This document shows positions 10,324 through 18,404 of a stretch of 64,000 bases of DNA, piece by piece (within the stretch, counting starts at the first letter, position 1; every line of letters begins with the position of its first letter). The stretch is from Bdellovibrionales bacterium. GTDB lineage: Bacteria > Bdellovibrionota > Bdellovibrionia > Bdellovibrionales > UBA1609. The notes under the pieces are model-generated. The model worked only from the letters and a program-made list of their open reading frames with translations. It was not told the origin of the DNA and did not search any database. A program made the position numbers and the translations under genes. The DNA is taken from the NCBI GenBank assembly GCA_041690295.1, contig JAWLHR010000003.1:140953-204952 (forward strand), read 5' to 3'.

Positions 10324-11286
10324 ATGCGCAAGGTTCTCGTGACCGGAATGGCCGGTTTCATCGCTGCGGAGACGGCACGCCAATTGTTACAGCAAGGCGT
10401 GGAAGTTGTCGGTTGCGACAACATGAATGATTTTTATGATCCGAGGTTGAAAGAACATCGGCTCGAATCATTGCGCGATTGTGAATTTCATCTCCTGGAC
10501 ATCGAAGATCGCGCCGCGCTTGAACGTCTGTTCAAACAACATAAATTTGATGCGGTTTACAATTTGGCGGGCCGGGCGGGAGTACGTCACAGCTTGGTCG
10601 ATCCCCATGTTTATTTCGCGACCAACGCGGTGGGCACTTTGAATTTGCTCGATTTGATGCGGCGATATGACTGCGGAAAAATCATATTATCTTCCACCTC
10701 GTCTCTTTATGCCGGTGAAAAGATGCCGTTCGTTGAAACGGCGGAAGTCAACAGACCCATTTCGCCTTACGCCGCCTCAAAAAAGGCGGCGGAAACGCTT
10801 TGCTATACCTTCCACTATCAATTTGGCATTGATTGCTCGATCTTGCGCTATTTCACGGTTTATGGACCCGCGGGCCGGCCTGACATGAGCGTGCTGAAGT
10901 TCATTTGGTCCATCGATCAGGAACGTGAGTTTGAACTTTATGGCGATGGGGAGCAGACACGGGATTTCAGTTTCGTCGACGATATCGCCAGCGGCACGAT
11001 TCGCTCGGAGCGGAAGCTTGGTTACGAGGTGATCAACCTCGGTGGCGGCAAGACGCCGGTCACGATCAATCAAATGATCTCATGGATGGAAGAAGGATTG
11101 GGCAAGAAAGCCAAAATCAAACGCATGCCCGCGCAAAAGGCGGATATGCAGGACACGCAAGCGGATATCCGCAAAGCGCAAAAATTATTGGAGTGGACGC
11201 CACAAACCGCCTTCCCCGACGGCCTGGCGCGCACGATCGAGTGGTATCTCGCCAACCGCGAGTTTTTGTCGAAGTTGAAAATTTAA
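10324..11286 (+). CDS. NAD-dependent epimerase/dehydratase (UDP-sugar 4-epimerase-like SDR)
   Basis: N-terminal Rossmann motif VLVTGMAGFIAAE and extended-SDR YAASKKAAE catalytic motif. 320 aa. Confidence 0.8.
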   Translation: MRKVLVTGMAGFIAAETARQLLQQGVEVVGCDNMNDFYDPRLKEHRLESLRDCEFHLLDIEDRAALERLFKQHKFDAVYNLAGRAGVRHSLVDPHVYFATNAVGTLNLLDLMRRYDCGKIILSSTSSLYAGEKMPFVETAEVNRPISPYAASKKAAETLCYTFHYQFGIDCSILRYFTVYGPAGRPDMSVLKFIWSIDQEREFELYGDGEQTRDFSFVDDIASGTIRSERKLGYEVINLGGGKTPVTINQMISWMEEGLGKKAKIKRMPAQKADMQDTQADIRKAQKLLEWTPQTAFPDGLARTIEWYLANREFLSKLKI

Positions 11287-11287
11287 G

Positions 11288-11308
11288 AACTGCCCCACTA
11301 GCCTGCAG
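11288..11308. repeat. IS copy 1 terminal inverted repeat (transposase-5' end)
   Basis: AACTGCCCCACTAGCCTGCAG is the exact reverse complement of 12232-12252. Confidence 0.85.
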
Positions 11309-11345
11309 AAAATCCTGGCGAGAATTTTGCCCTTAACCACAGGGC

Positions 11346-12242
11346 ATGCGACCAAGCTGCCCCTATTGTCATTCATCCTCAGAGATGTCCGATCGCCGGA
11401 TGCGTATTCTAAAAGCCGGATTTTTTCGCCGAACCTCCGACGGAAAAAGAGTGCGAAGATTTTATTGCGTTAGCTGCTCTAGATACTTTTCTTATGCCAC
11501 CTTTCACCCCTGCTTTAGGCAAAAAAAGCGCCACCTCAATCACCGCATCAACAAACTTTTAGCTTCAAGCGTTTCCCAGCGCCGAATCGCAAAATTACTC
11601 CATATCTCCCGAACCACAGTTGAACGAAAGTTTCTCTTCCTTGGCCAAAAAGCAGTGCATGAGCTTGAACATCAAAACAAATCCAGTCCCCTGGCCACTG
11701 TTGTTGAATTTGATGAGCTTGAAACCTTCGAGCACACAAAATGTAAGCCGCTTTCCGTTCCACTAGCCGTTGAATCAAAGACCAGAAGGATTTTAAGTTT
11801 TCAAGTGGCCCAGATGCCGGCCAAAGGAAAGCTCGCCCGTATCTCACGAAAAAAATATGGAAGGAGACCGGATTTCAGGCCGAAAGCATTGAGTGAACTT
11901 TGTGAACGTTTAAAGCCACTCACCGCACCTGATGTACAATTCAAATCCGATCAAAATCCAATGTATCCGGAAATCTTAAGGCGTCACTTTCCTTTAAATT
12001 CGCATGAGCGGTTTAAGGGGCAAAGGGGTTCGATTGTCGGACAGGGAGAATTGAAGAAGATCCGATTTGATCCGCTTTTTAGCTTGAATCACACCTGTGC
12101 GATGCTTCGAGCCAATATCAATAGGCTAGTGAGAAAGACCTGGTGCACAACGAAAATTCCTAATAGATTGCGCCTTCATCTCGCCATCTATGCGGTTTAT
12201 CACAACAATATGATTCGCGCGGGACCATTGGCTGCAGGCTAG
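11346..12242 (+). CDS. IS1-family transposase (zinc finger + HTH + DDE-type domain, unsplit ORF)
   Basis: Zinc finger CPYC...CVSC. HTH SQRRIAKLLHISRTTVERK. By eye, VVEFDELETFE aligns with IS1 InsB EMDEQWGYV, FKSDQNPMYPE with MTDGWPLYE, and LRANINRLVRKT with LRQHLARLGRKS. Confidence 0.8.
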   Translation: MRPSCPYCHSSSEMSDRRMRILKAGFFRRTSDGKRVRRFYCVSCSRYFSYATFHPCFRQKKRHLNHRINKLLASSVSQRRIAKLLHISRTTVERKFLFLGQKAVHELEHQNKSSPLATVVEFDELETFEHTKCKPLSVPLAVESKTRRILSFQVAQMPAKGKLARISRKKYGRRPDFRPKALSELCERLKPLTAPDVQFKSDQNPMYPEILRRHFPLNSHERFKGQRGSIVGQGELKKIRFDPLFSLNHTCAMLRANINRLVRKTWCTTKIPNRLRLHLAIYAVYHNNMIRAGPLAAG

Positions 12243-12252
12243 TGGGGCAGTT
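12232..12252. repeat. IS copy 1 terminal inverted repeat (transposase-3' end)
   Basis: CTGCAGGCTAGTGGGGCAGTT. It contains the transposase stop codon within the CTAG. Confidence 0.85.
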
Positions 12253-12257
12253 TTAAA

Positions 12258-12286
12258 AATCCCAACATGGGGAGCATGTTGGGATT
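12258..12286 (-). terminator. Rho-independent terminator of the lipoprotein gene
   Basis: AATCCCAACATG / GGGAG loop / CATGTTGGGATT. On the minus strand it is followed by TTTTTAAAA, which runs straight into the IS end. Confidence 0.65.
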
Positions 12287-12316
12287 CAATGTCAGGATAC
12301 GTACCGTAAGTCGAAT

Positions 12317-13912
12317 TTACTTAACTCGTTTGAAATAGTACGTGCGCTTGCCCGTGTCCTCATCGTATTTGAGAACGTTTTGGACGTAGTCGATTTCATC
12401 CGCGTCGACGGTGTCGGTAAGAACCGCGTGTAAATAAGTGTTCTTATCCTTGGCCCAGCAATAGTTGTACTCATCGGAGCAGCGGGGGCCGTCTCGGACG
12501 GTGAAACTGCCGGTATCGCCGACGTTCGCCTTGGGAACGAAACCTTCGGCAATGTAACCCGCCATCGTTTTGTCGTTGTTGTAATAGAGACCACCATCGT
12601 TCACGCCACTGGCGTTATGCACGCCGTAATCCATGTAGAAGGTGTATTCACCGTTGTTTTCTTCGAAGAGCCGCGCCGCCGAACCCAGGATCGGACTCGT
12701 ACCGCCCTCATAAACGGGAGGGTTGAGCTTGATACCGTTATCTTCGAACTTCCAGGAGGCCACGTGTTGGCTGGTGATCATCCCCAATTGAGGAACGTTG
12801 TTTTGCATCACCAATGTCATCGTCGCCGTGGAATAGTGATTGAACACGGGATCGCCATTGCCATCCAGTTGGGTGGTGATCAGGTAGGTGTGCAATTCCA
12901 GTCCTTCGGTGTCCAAGAAAGCGAAGGCGGGCAGGTAACCTACTCGAAAAGCCGGCGTGTCTTGCGGGAAGAAATCGCAGTCGTTGAGACCCCAATTATT
13001 CTCACCGTCCGAGCAATCGCCGGAAAGTGGAAAACCGACCGGACCCAGCTTGGTGGAGTTATCTCCGATGAGAAAGGTATCGAACGGGCTTTTGATCGTA
13101 TAGCCATAATCGTTCGGAGGATCAAGCGGACGAGTGCCATCTCCCGTCCATGCGAAAACATTCTTAAAGCCGGAAATGAGAATGTTAATCGTGGGCGAGG
13201 ATTTTTCGGCGATCGTCACCGGCGCCGGAAGAACGGAGTGGGTTCCGCAAGTCATGGCGGAGGCGGTGCTGTTCGTCGTGCTGTTGGAGCAGTATGTGTA
13301 CAAGAAGCCGTACTCATACTCATCATAGCCATTGGCTTCGAGATCGTTCGGCGCGATCACATTGTTTTCGACTTGGACGCCGTTGGCCGTCGTGAAAACG
13401 GTTGTATCAATGTCGTCGTCGTTGTCCCTGTCGAAATAGGCGTAGGCTTTAATTTTGAATTTGGGTGAGAAAGTCAAACCCACGGTCAGGTACGTCCCCG
13501 CTTCGATTTCTCCGCTGCCTGTGACGGACATGTTCACACCGTCGGCCACGTCCAATTCTTGGTTAACAGGCACGGAAGTCATTGATCCGCCGCCACCCGG
13601 GCCGGACATGAAGGCCACGGACAGCAAATGAACTTTCAAAGAATCAACGACGGCGTCGGAAGTGACGACACCCATTCCTTCATATTCGCCCGCGGCCGTG
13701 TTCGGGTCGGAAACCAATTTGATTCCAACTTTGCCCTTCGAGGCGAGAAAATTCGCGGCAATGGCGTTGGCGTCGAGAGCGCTGGCGCCTTTGGCGACGA
13801 CGCGAACATTGGCTTTCTTCTTCTTCTTTTTCTCACATCCGGCGATTGTTCCCGCCGAAATCGCCGCCATCATGGCGACCATTGTGATGGATGATATCCA
13901 TCTCAATTTCAT
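12317..13912 (-). CDS. Large lipoprotein of unknown function
   Basis: Start set at ATG 13910-13912 (MKLRWISS...), preceded by GGAGGAG. Lipobox IAGC followed by EKKKKKK. No recognisable catalytic motifs. Asn/Asp/Gly/Tyr-rich, as in beta-rich surface proteins. Confidence 0.6.
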   Translation of the reverse strand: MKLRWISSITMVAMMAAISAGTIAGCEKKKKKKANVRVVAKGASALDANAIAANFLASKGKVGIKLVSDPNTAAGEYEGMGVVTSDAVVDSLKVHLLSVAFMSGPGGGGSMTSVPVNQELDVADGVNMSVTGSGEIEAGTYLTVGLTFSPKFKIKAYAYFDRDNDDDIDTTVFTTANGVQVENNVIAPNDLEANGYDEYEYGFLYTYCSNSTTNSTASAMTCGTHSVLPAPVTIAEKSSPTINILISGFKNVFAWTGDGTRPLDPPNDYGYTIKSPFDTFLIGDNSTKLGPVGFPLSGDCSDGENNWGLNDCDFFPQDTPAFRVGYLPAFAFLDTEGLELHTYLITTQLDGNGDPVFNHYSTATMTLVMQNNVPQLGMITSQHVASWKFEDNGIKLNPPVYEGGTSPILGSAARLFEENNGEYTFYMDYGVHNASGVNDGGLYYNNDKTMAGYIAEGFVPKANVGDTGSFTVRDGPRCSDEYNYCWAKDKNTYLHAVLTDTVDADEIDYVQNVLKYDEDTGKRTYYFKRVK

Positions 13913-14080
13913 GACTCCTCCTTGTTGCAACGAACGTGGTTGGTTGTGGACGCTGGATTCCAATTCGAACGGTCGGTTCAATTAGAGTTTACGTCCATGA
14001 ATGATATAAAAATGTTAGGGAGGGAATCCGGTTTTCACAAATCGGCCAAATCCGCTCACAGAGTGAGCGCATGTTGCATG

Positions 14081-14110
14081 TTGCCGACCTTCGTCTCTAG
14101 GTTCTATCAT
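14081..14110 (+). promoter_or_regulatory. Predicted sigma70-type promoter of the HTH-ABC1 gene
   Basis: TTGCCG (14081-14086), 18-nt spacer, TATCAT (14105-14110). The predicted TSS is only a few nt before ATG 14122 and no SD is present. Confidence 0.4.
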
Positions 14111-14120
14111 TCGATAGAAC
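14101..14120. promoter_or_regulatory. Perfect palindrome GTTCTATC-ATTC-GATAGAAC (candidate autoregulatory operator)
   Basis: 8-4-8 perfect inverted repeat overlapping the predicted -10 and ending 1 nt before the start codon of an HTH-containing protein. Confidence 0.5.
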
Positions 14121-14121
14121 A

Positions 14122-15633
14122 ATGGCAAAAGCGGAACCTGGTGCTCGCCTGCAGCGGCTGCGACAATTACTCGGACTTTCCCAAAGGCAAATGGCGACCG
14201 AACTGGGCGTTACGCCCGGTGCGCTGGCCATGTGGGAGCGAAAGACCAGGCCTGTTCCGGCACCGATTCTGAAAATCATCGAGATCTACGAAGAGGCGTT
14301 GGACGAAGAACTTGCCCGGCGCAAGCATCAGGCCATGATCCGAAAGCTGAGCACGACTTGGGCCAACCGACTTTTGGTCATGTTCGGTAAGGGCGCATAC
14401 GGCGTAAAAAGGGCGGAAATCAAAAGCCGGCTGCAACGTGCGCTCAATGTAATCTTCACCCATGAGCTCTCCATTGACCGGATCAAACGAAGCATCCAGC
14501 TGGCGATTTTCAATCGCATTGTGAATGCCGCGTCCCAGACCAAAGGCTTGCCGATGAAGGTGGTCCAGATCCTGACCTACTTGAATCCCGGCATGTCCCG
14601 TGAAGCGCGGGAGGCCGTGGAGGAGATCCATTGCCTGCAATATCCTTTGGCACCGACAGTGGTTTCGCGGATCATCACGGAAAGCCTTGGTGCTTCCCCG
14701 AATCGAATATTCGCCGAGTGGTCTCCGCACCCGTTCGCCGCCGCCAGCATCGGCCAGGTTCACCTGGCCAAATTGAAAACCGGCGAGCGCGTGGCGGTCA
14801 AAGTTCAATATCCCGACATTCAGAAATCTTTAAGTCGCGATTTAAAAGCCTTGCAATTCGTCATGGACATTTCACGCCTCTTCAGTACGGATGTCAGAGG
14901 CGTCATAGAAGACGTCAAAAGAACCGTATTGGACGAGACGGACTATTACAAGGAAATGGAAAGTCTCGAATCCTTCGCGCGACTTTTCAAAGACGATCCC
15001 CAAATAATAACTCCCAAGGTCTATCGTGAATATTCTCATGCCAATATCATCACGATGGATTTCATCGACGGGAAATCCATCAAGGAATTCAAATCGGCTG
15101 ACTACGAGGAGCGGCGGATGGCGGCGGAGACCCTGGCTCGGTTCACCACGCTTTCGTCATTTAAAAGCGGTCTGGTCAATACCGATGCGCACGCGGGAAA
15201 CTTCATTTTTTGCGGTGGCGGAAAAGTGGGATTCATCGATTTCGGCCGGTCGGCGCCGGGCGACTTGAACGGCTCTTATGCTTTCAAGGAGTTAATGAAG
15301 GCCGTAATTCTTAAGAATCCCGACCTGGCCAAAAAGGTGATCGATCATTTCCCCTTTATCCGCGATCCTAAAACTTTTCCATTCGAGCAGTTTTGGGAAT
15401 TTTTCGTGCGACAGCAAGCACACTTGAATTCGGGAAAATTCCGTTTCACCCACGATTACATCGCGCGAACCTTCGCCGAGATGAAAGCTTGTCCTTTTCG
15501 CGATGAGTTGAAGGTCACCATCGAGACCGTGTGGTCGACGGCGGTTATGGCCGGTATCTGGCGGATCCTTGCGGATTTGGACGTTGAAGTGGATTACGGA
15601 CGAGTCAGTCTAGAGGCGCTGGGGGAACAATAG
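14122..15633 (+). CDS. XRE-family HTH domain fused to an ABC1/UbiB (AarF) atypical kinase domain
   Basis: N-terminus LRQLLGLSQRQMATELGVTPGALAMWERKTRPVP. Kinase-like motifs AAASIGQVHLAKLKTGERVAVKVQYPD, NTDAHAGNFIF and GFIDFGRS. No TM segment seen. Confidence 0.8.
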   Translation: MAKAEPGARLQRLRQLLGLSQRQMATELGVTPGALAMWERKTRPVPAPILKIIEIYEEALDEELARRKHQAMIRKLSTTWANRLLVMFGKGAYGVKRAEIKSRLQRALNVIFTHELSIDRIKRSIQLAIFNRIVNAASQTKGLPMKVVQILTYLNPGMSREAREAVEEIHCLQYPLAPTVVSRIITESLGASPNRIFAEWSPHPFAAASIGQVHLAKLKTGERVAVKVQYPDIQKSLSRDLKALQFVMDISRLFSTDVRGVIEDVKRTVLDETDYYKEMESLESFARLFKDDPQIITPKVYREYSHANIITMDFIDGKSIKEFKSADYEERRMAAETLARFTTLSSFKSGLVNTDAHAGNFIFCGGGKVGFIDFGRSAPGDLNGSYAFKELMKAVILKNPDLAKKVIDHFPFIRDPKTFPFEQFWEFFVRQQAHLNSGKFRFTHDYIARTFAEMKACPFRDELKVTIETVWSTAVMAGIWRILADLDVEVDYGRVSLEALGEQ

Positions 15634-15636
15634 CAC

Positions 15637-16218
15637 TTACCAAGGTGACGGGTGACGATCTTCGCTGGCGGGAGCGGGCCAAATCGCCAGCGTGATCACC
15701 ATGGCGCCAAGAAGAAGTCCGAAGGCCAAAGGTGATCCTAATTTCAGGATCAACATGTGCGCGCGGGTCACGGCCACCAAAGCGCCGGCAATAACCGAGC
15801 AAATGATCAATGCGATGGACCGGGAATGAGTTTTCGCCACGACTTGAAAGAACCAACCGAATGCCAGCCCAGCTGTCACGGCCGGTGGTGTGAGTAAAAG
15901 AGCGCCCAACCAGGTACCGGTCAATGAAGTGAACGCGCGACTCTCAATCCATCGCAAAAGAAAGTAAGCCAAACCATGGGCGACCAGAACGCCCAATCCC
16001 GCGGCCCGTAACCAATGTTCAGCGCTGGTCGCCGGACGCGAGTCTATGATGTAAACCGCGATCAGAATCGTAATCAAAAGCAAATAAAGATGAACAAAAA
16101 GCGCGGTTTGCGGGTGAGCGCAAATCAATACCATTTTACCGAGGAAAAGCGTTTGCATCCCCAGATATCCAAGTCCCACCAGAAAGGCGCCGCACATTGG
16201 ACGAAGTGTCATAAACAC
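15637..16218 (-). CDS. Integral membrane protein of unknown function (about 6 TM)
   Basis: Highly hydrophobic 193-aa ORF. Lies downstream of the amidohydrolase on the same strand. Confidence 0.5.
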   Translation of the reverse strand: MFMTLRPMCGAFLVGLGYLGMQTLFLGKMVLICAHPQTALFVHLYLLLITILIAVYIIDSRPATSAEHWLRAAGLGVLVAHGLAYFLLRWIESRAFTSLTGTWLGALLLTPPAVTAGLAFGWFFQVVAKTHSRSIALIICSVIAGALVAVTRAHMLILKLGSPLAFGLLLGAMVITLAIWPAPASEDRHPSPW

Positions 16219-16257
16219 ATCTCATAGACTTCAGCGAACACTGTCAATTGGACCGGA

Positions 16258-17583
16258 CTAAGGTCGGAGTTTGGCGCGCCGACGGACGCGATCCAATTGA
16301 AGGCGAGCTTCTTCCATTACGGCGGCATGATCATAAATTAAATGGCGGCCATCGGCGACGATCGGACGACCGTTTATCCAGACGTGGCTCACATCCCGTC
16401 CGGTGCTCGAATAAACCAGAGCGGAATAGGGATTCTCCACCGGGCAGTGCGCGGGATGTTTTCGACTCACGATGACCACATCCGCCCGTTTGCCGGGTTC
16501 AAGTGAACCAATTCGGTCTTCCGCGCCAAGCGCTTTGGCGCCAGCCAAAGTGGCCATTTCAAAAGCGTCCCTTGCGGGCAGGGCTTTCCCGCCGAACAAA
16601 GGTTTTTGCAGAAGAGCGGCCAAGCGCATTTCCATGAAGGGATCCATCATATTGTTGCAAGGGGCGCCGTCCGCTCCGAGAGCCACGGTGATTTTTTTTC
16701 GCCGGTACTCGGCCACTTTCGCGATCCCGCTCGCGAGCTTTAAGTTGGAGCTGGGACAGTGAACGATCGCCGTGCGCGCCCGCGCGATGTCGGAAATCTC
16801 CCGCGATGTCAGATGGATCCCATGGGCGAGAACGGTGTGCCTTCCCAAGGCGCCGATCTTTCTTAAATAACGAACGTTATCAAGGCCGGTGCGCTTTTTG
16901 ACCAGCGCCACTTCATCTTTATTTTCCGAGGCGTGGGTGTGGAACAAGAGTTGGTGTTCCCGCTGGAGCCGCAATGATTCCAAAAGAAGCTTTTCCGTGC
17001 ACGAAATCACAAAGCGGGGACTGACCGCATAGTGAATTAAGGGGTTGCGGCCATGCCATTCGTCGATCAACTTTCGCGAGTAAGCCAGTGTGTCTTCCGT
17101 GGAGCGAAAGAGAGGGCCCGAGGAGCCCTTTCGGTCCATCAGGCAATTTCCGCCCCAGTAGCGCATGCCGGATTTTTCCGCCTCTTCGAAAACCGCTTCA
17201 TGTAAATCGACCGTGCCCATGTCGAGGATTGAAGTTGTTCCCGCAAGTTGCATTTCCAGCAAACCCAGCCTGGCGGACGCGCGCAGACTGGCTTCATCAT
17301 GGGCCTTTTCCAACGGCCAAATGCGAAGACGCAGCCATTGTAGAAGTTCAAGATCGTCCGCCCAACCACGGAATAATGTTTGGCAGAGATGAGTGTGGGC
17401 CTGAATCAAACCGGGTATGACAAAACCGTTTTGAGCATCGACGATCGTTTCGCCGGCCCGCGGTTGCAGATGCGGCGCGATCTCCGCGATCGTCCCGTCC
17501 TTCAGGCGGATATCGCCGTGAACGATTTCCCGCTTTTTGTTCATGGTGACGATCACGCCACCTTGGATCAAAACCGAACTCAT
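16258..17583 (-). CDS. Amidohydrolase of the MTA/SAH (or nucleobase) deaminase family (MtaD/TRZ-ATZ-like)
   Basis: PGLIQAHTHLCQTLFRG metal-binding HxH, HTHASEN, and HGIHL...ALGADGAPCNN. 441 aa. Overlaps the PNP gene by 4 nt. Confidence 0.8.
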   Translation of the reverse strand: MSSVLIQGGVIVTMNKKREIVHGDIRLKDGTIAEIAPHLQPRAGETIVDAQNGFVIPGLIQAHTHLCQTLFRGWADDLELLQWLRLRIWPLEKAHDEASLRASARLGLLEMQLAGTTSILDMGTVDLHEAVFEEAEKSGMRYWGGNCLMDRKGSSGPLFRSTEDTLAYSRKLIDEWHGRNPLIHYAVSPRFVISCTEKLLLESLRLQREHQLLFHTHASENKDEVALVKKRTGLDNVRYLRKIGALGRHTVLAHGIHLTSREISDIARARTAIVHCPSSNLKLASGIAKVAEYRRKKITVALGADGAPCNNMMDPFMEMRLAALLQKPLFGGKALPARDAFEMATLAGAKALGAEDRIGSLEPGKRADVVIVSRKHPAHCPVENPYSALVYSSTGRDVSHVWINGRPIVADGRHLIYDHAAVMEEARLQLDRVRRRAKLRP

Positions 17584-18404
17584 AAAACGGACTTCAACTT
17601 TTTAACAAAATTCACAAGTGCGCGCGCGAAAACTTTTTCAACCTTTTGCGCGACCTCTTTCACTTCCTCGTGATTTAACTTGTGGCGGGTCAATCCGGTG
17701 CCCAGATTGGTGATGCAGCTCAGACCCGCCACGCGAAGACCCGCGTGTCGCGCGGCGATCACTTCCGCTACCGTGGACATGCCCACGGCCCCACCGCCGA
17801 TTTTACTGTAGAATTGAATTTCGGCGGCGGTTTCATAGGTCGGACCCATCACGCCCACATAAACTCCTTCGAAGACCCGGGCTTTCTCGGAACGAAAAGA
17901 ATCCTTCAGCATTTTCCGCAAATTTTTGTCATAAGGATCGGTCATGTCCACGAACCGAGGACCCCGCTCCCAATTGGGCCCGCGCAACGGGTTGCATCCG
18001 GTGAGGTTGATATGGTCTTTGATCACCATGAAATCGCCCGGTTTCATCACCCGCTTCAAACCGCCGGCGGCGTTGGTGACGACCAGGTTTTCGATCCCCA
18101 GCTTGGCCAAAGCTCGCACGGGATAAATCACATCACTGTAATCATGTCCTTCATAGGCATGTAAGCGGCCTTGCATGACCGCCACTTCAATTCCAGCAAG
18201 GCGACCAAGAACCAATCGCCCGGGATGACCAGACACGGACGTTTTGGCGAAATGCGGGAGGTCGTTGAATGGAATGGAAACTGGATTTTCAATTTGGTCG
18301 GCGAAGTTGGCGAGCCCCGAACCCAATATAAATCCCAGGCGCGGTGAATGGTCGGACTTCTGGCGAATGTGACGAACGGTTTCTTCGAGCTTTTGGTCGA
18401 TCAT
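17580..18404 (-). CDS. Purine nucleoside phosphorylase (trimeric PNP/MTAP family)
   Basis: GFILGSGL, HPGRLVLGRLAGIEVAVMQGRLHAYEG, MGPTYETAAE and GMSTVAEV motifs. Confidence 0.88.
   Translation of the reverse strand: MIDQKLEETVRHIRQKSDHSPRLGFILGSGLANFADQIENPVSIPFNDLPHFAKTSVSGHPGRLVLGRLAGIEVAVMQGRLHAYEGHDYSDVIYPVRALAKLGIENLVVTNAAGGLKRVMKPGDFMVIKDHINLTGCNPLRGPNWERGPRFVDMTDPYDKNLRKMLKDSFRSEKARVFEGVYVGVMGPTYETAAEIQFYSKIGGGAVGMSTVAEVIAARHAGLRVAGLSCITNLGTGLTRHKLNHEEVKEVAQKVEKVFARALVNFVKKLKSVL

Larger units (their letters stand above)
11288..12252 (+). mobile_element. IS1-family insertion sequence, copy 1 (965 bp, single transposase ORF)
   Basis: Bounded by perfect 21-bp inverted repeats AACTGCCCCACTAGCCTGCAG (11288-11308) and CTGCAGGCTAGTGGGGCAGTT (12232-12252). 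A second copy lies at 45983-46947 in the opposite orientation. Confidence 0.85.

Noticed and set aside
11279-12262. Target-site duplications flanking the IS copies
   Set aside because: Only short TTAA/TTTAA-like matches can be forced by shifting the element boundaries by 1-2 nt, and they are not consistent between copies. Cross-pairing of flanks expected after an inversion is also not convincing. The AT-rich context makes chance matches likely.
13814-13831. (CTT)n-like tract encoding the KKKKKK linker of the lipoprotein, considered as a phase-variation switch
   Set aside because: The repeat unit is a trinucleotide and in frame. Slippage would change linker length, not switch expression, and the tract is short and imperfect.
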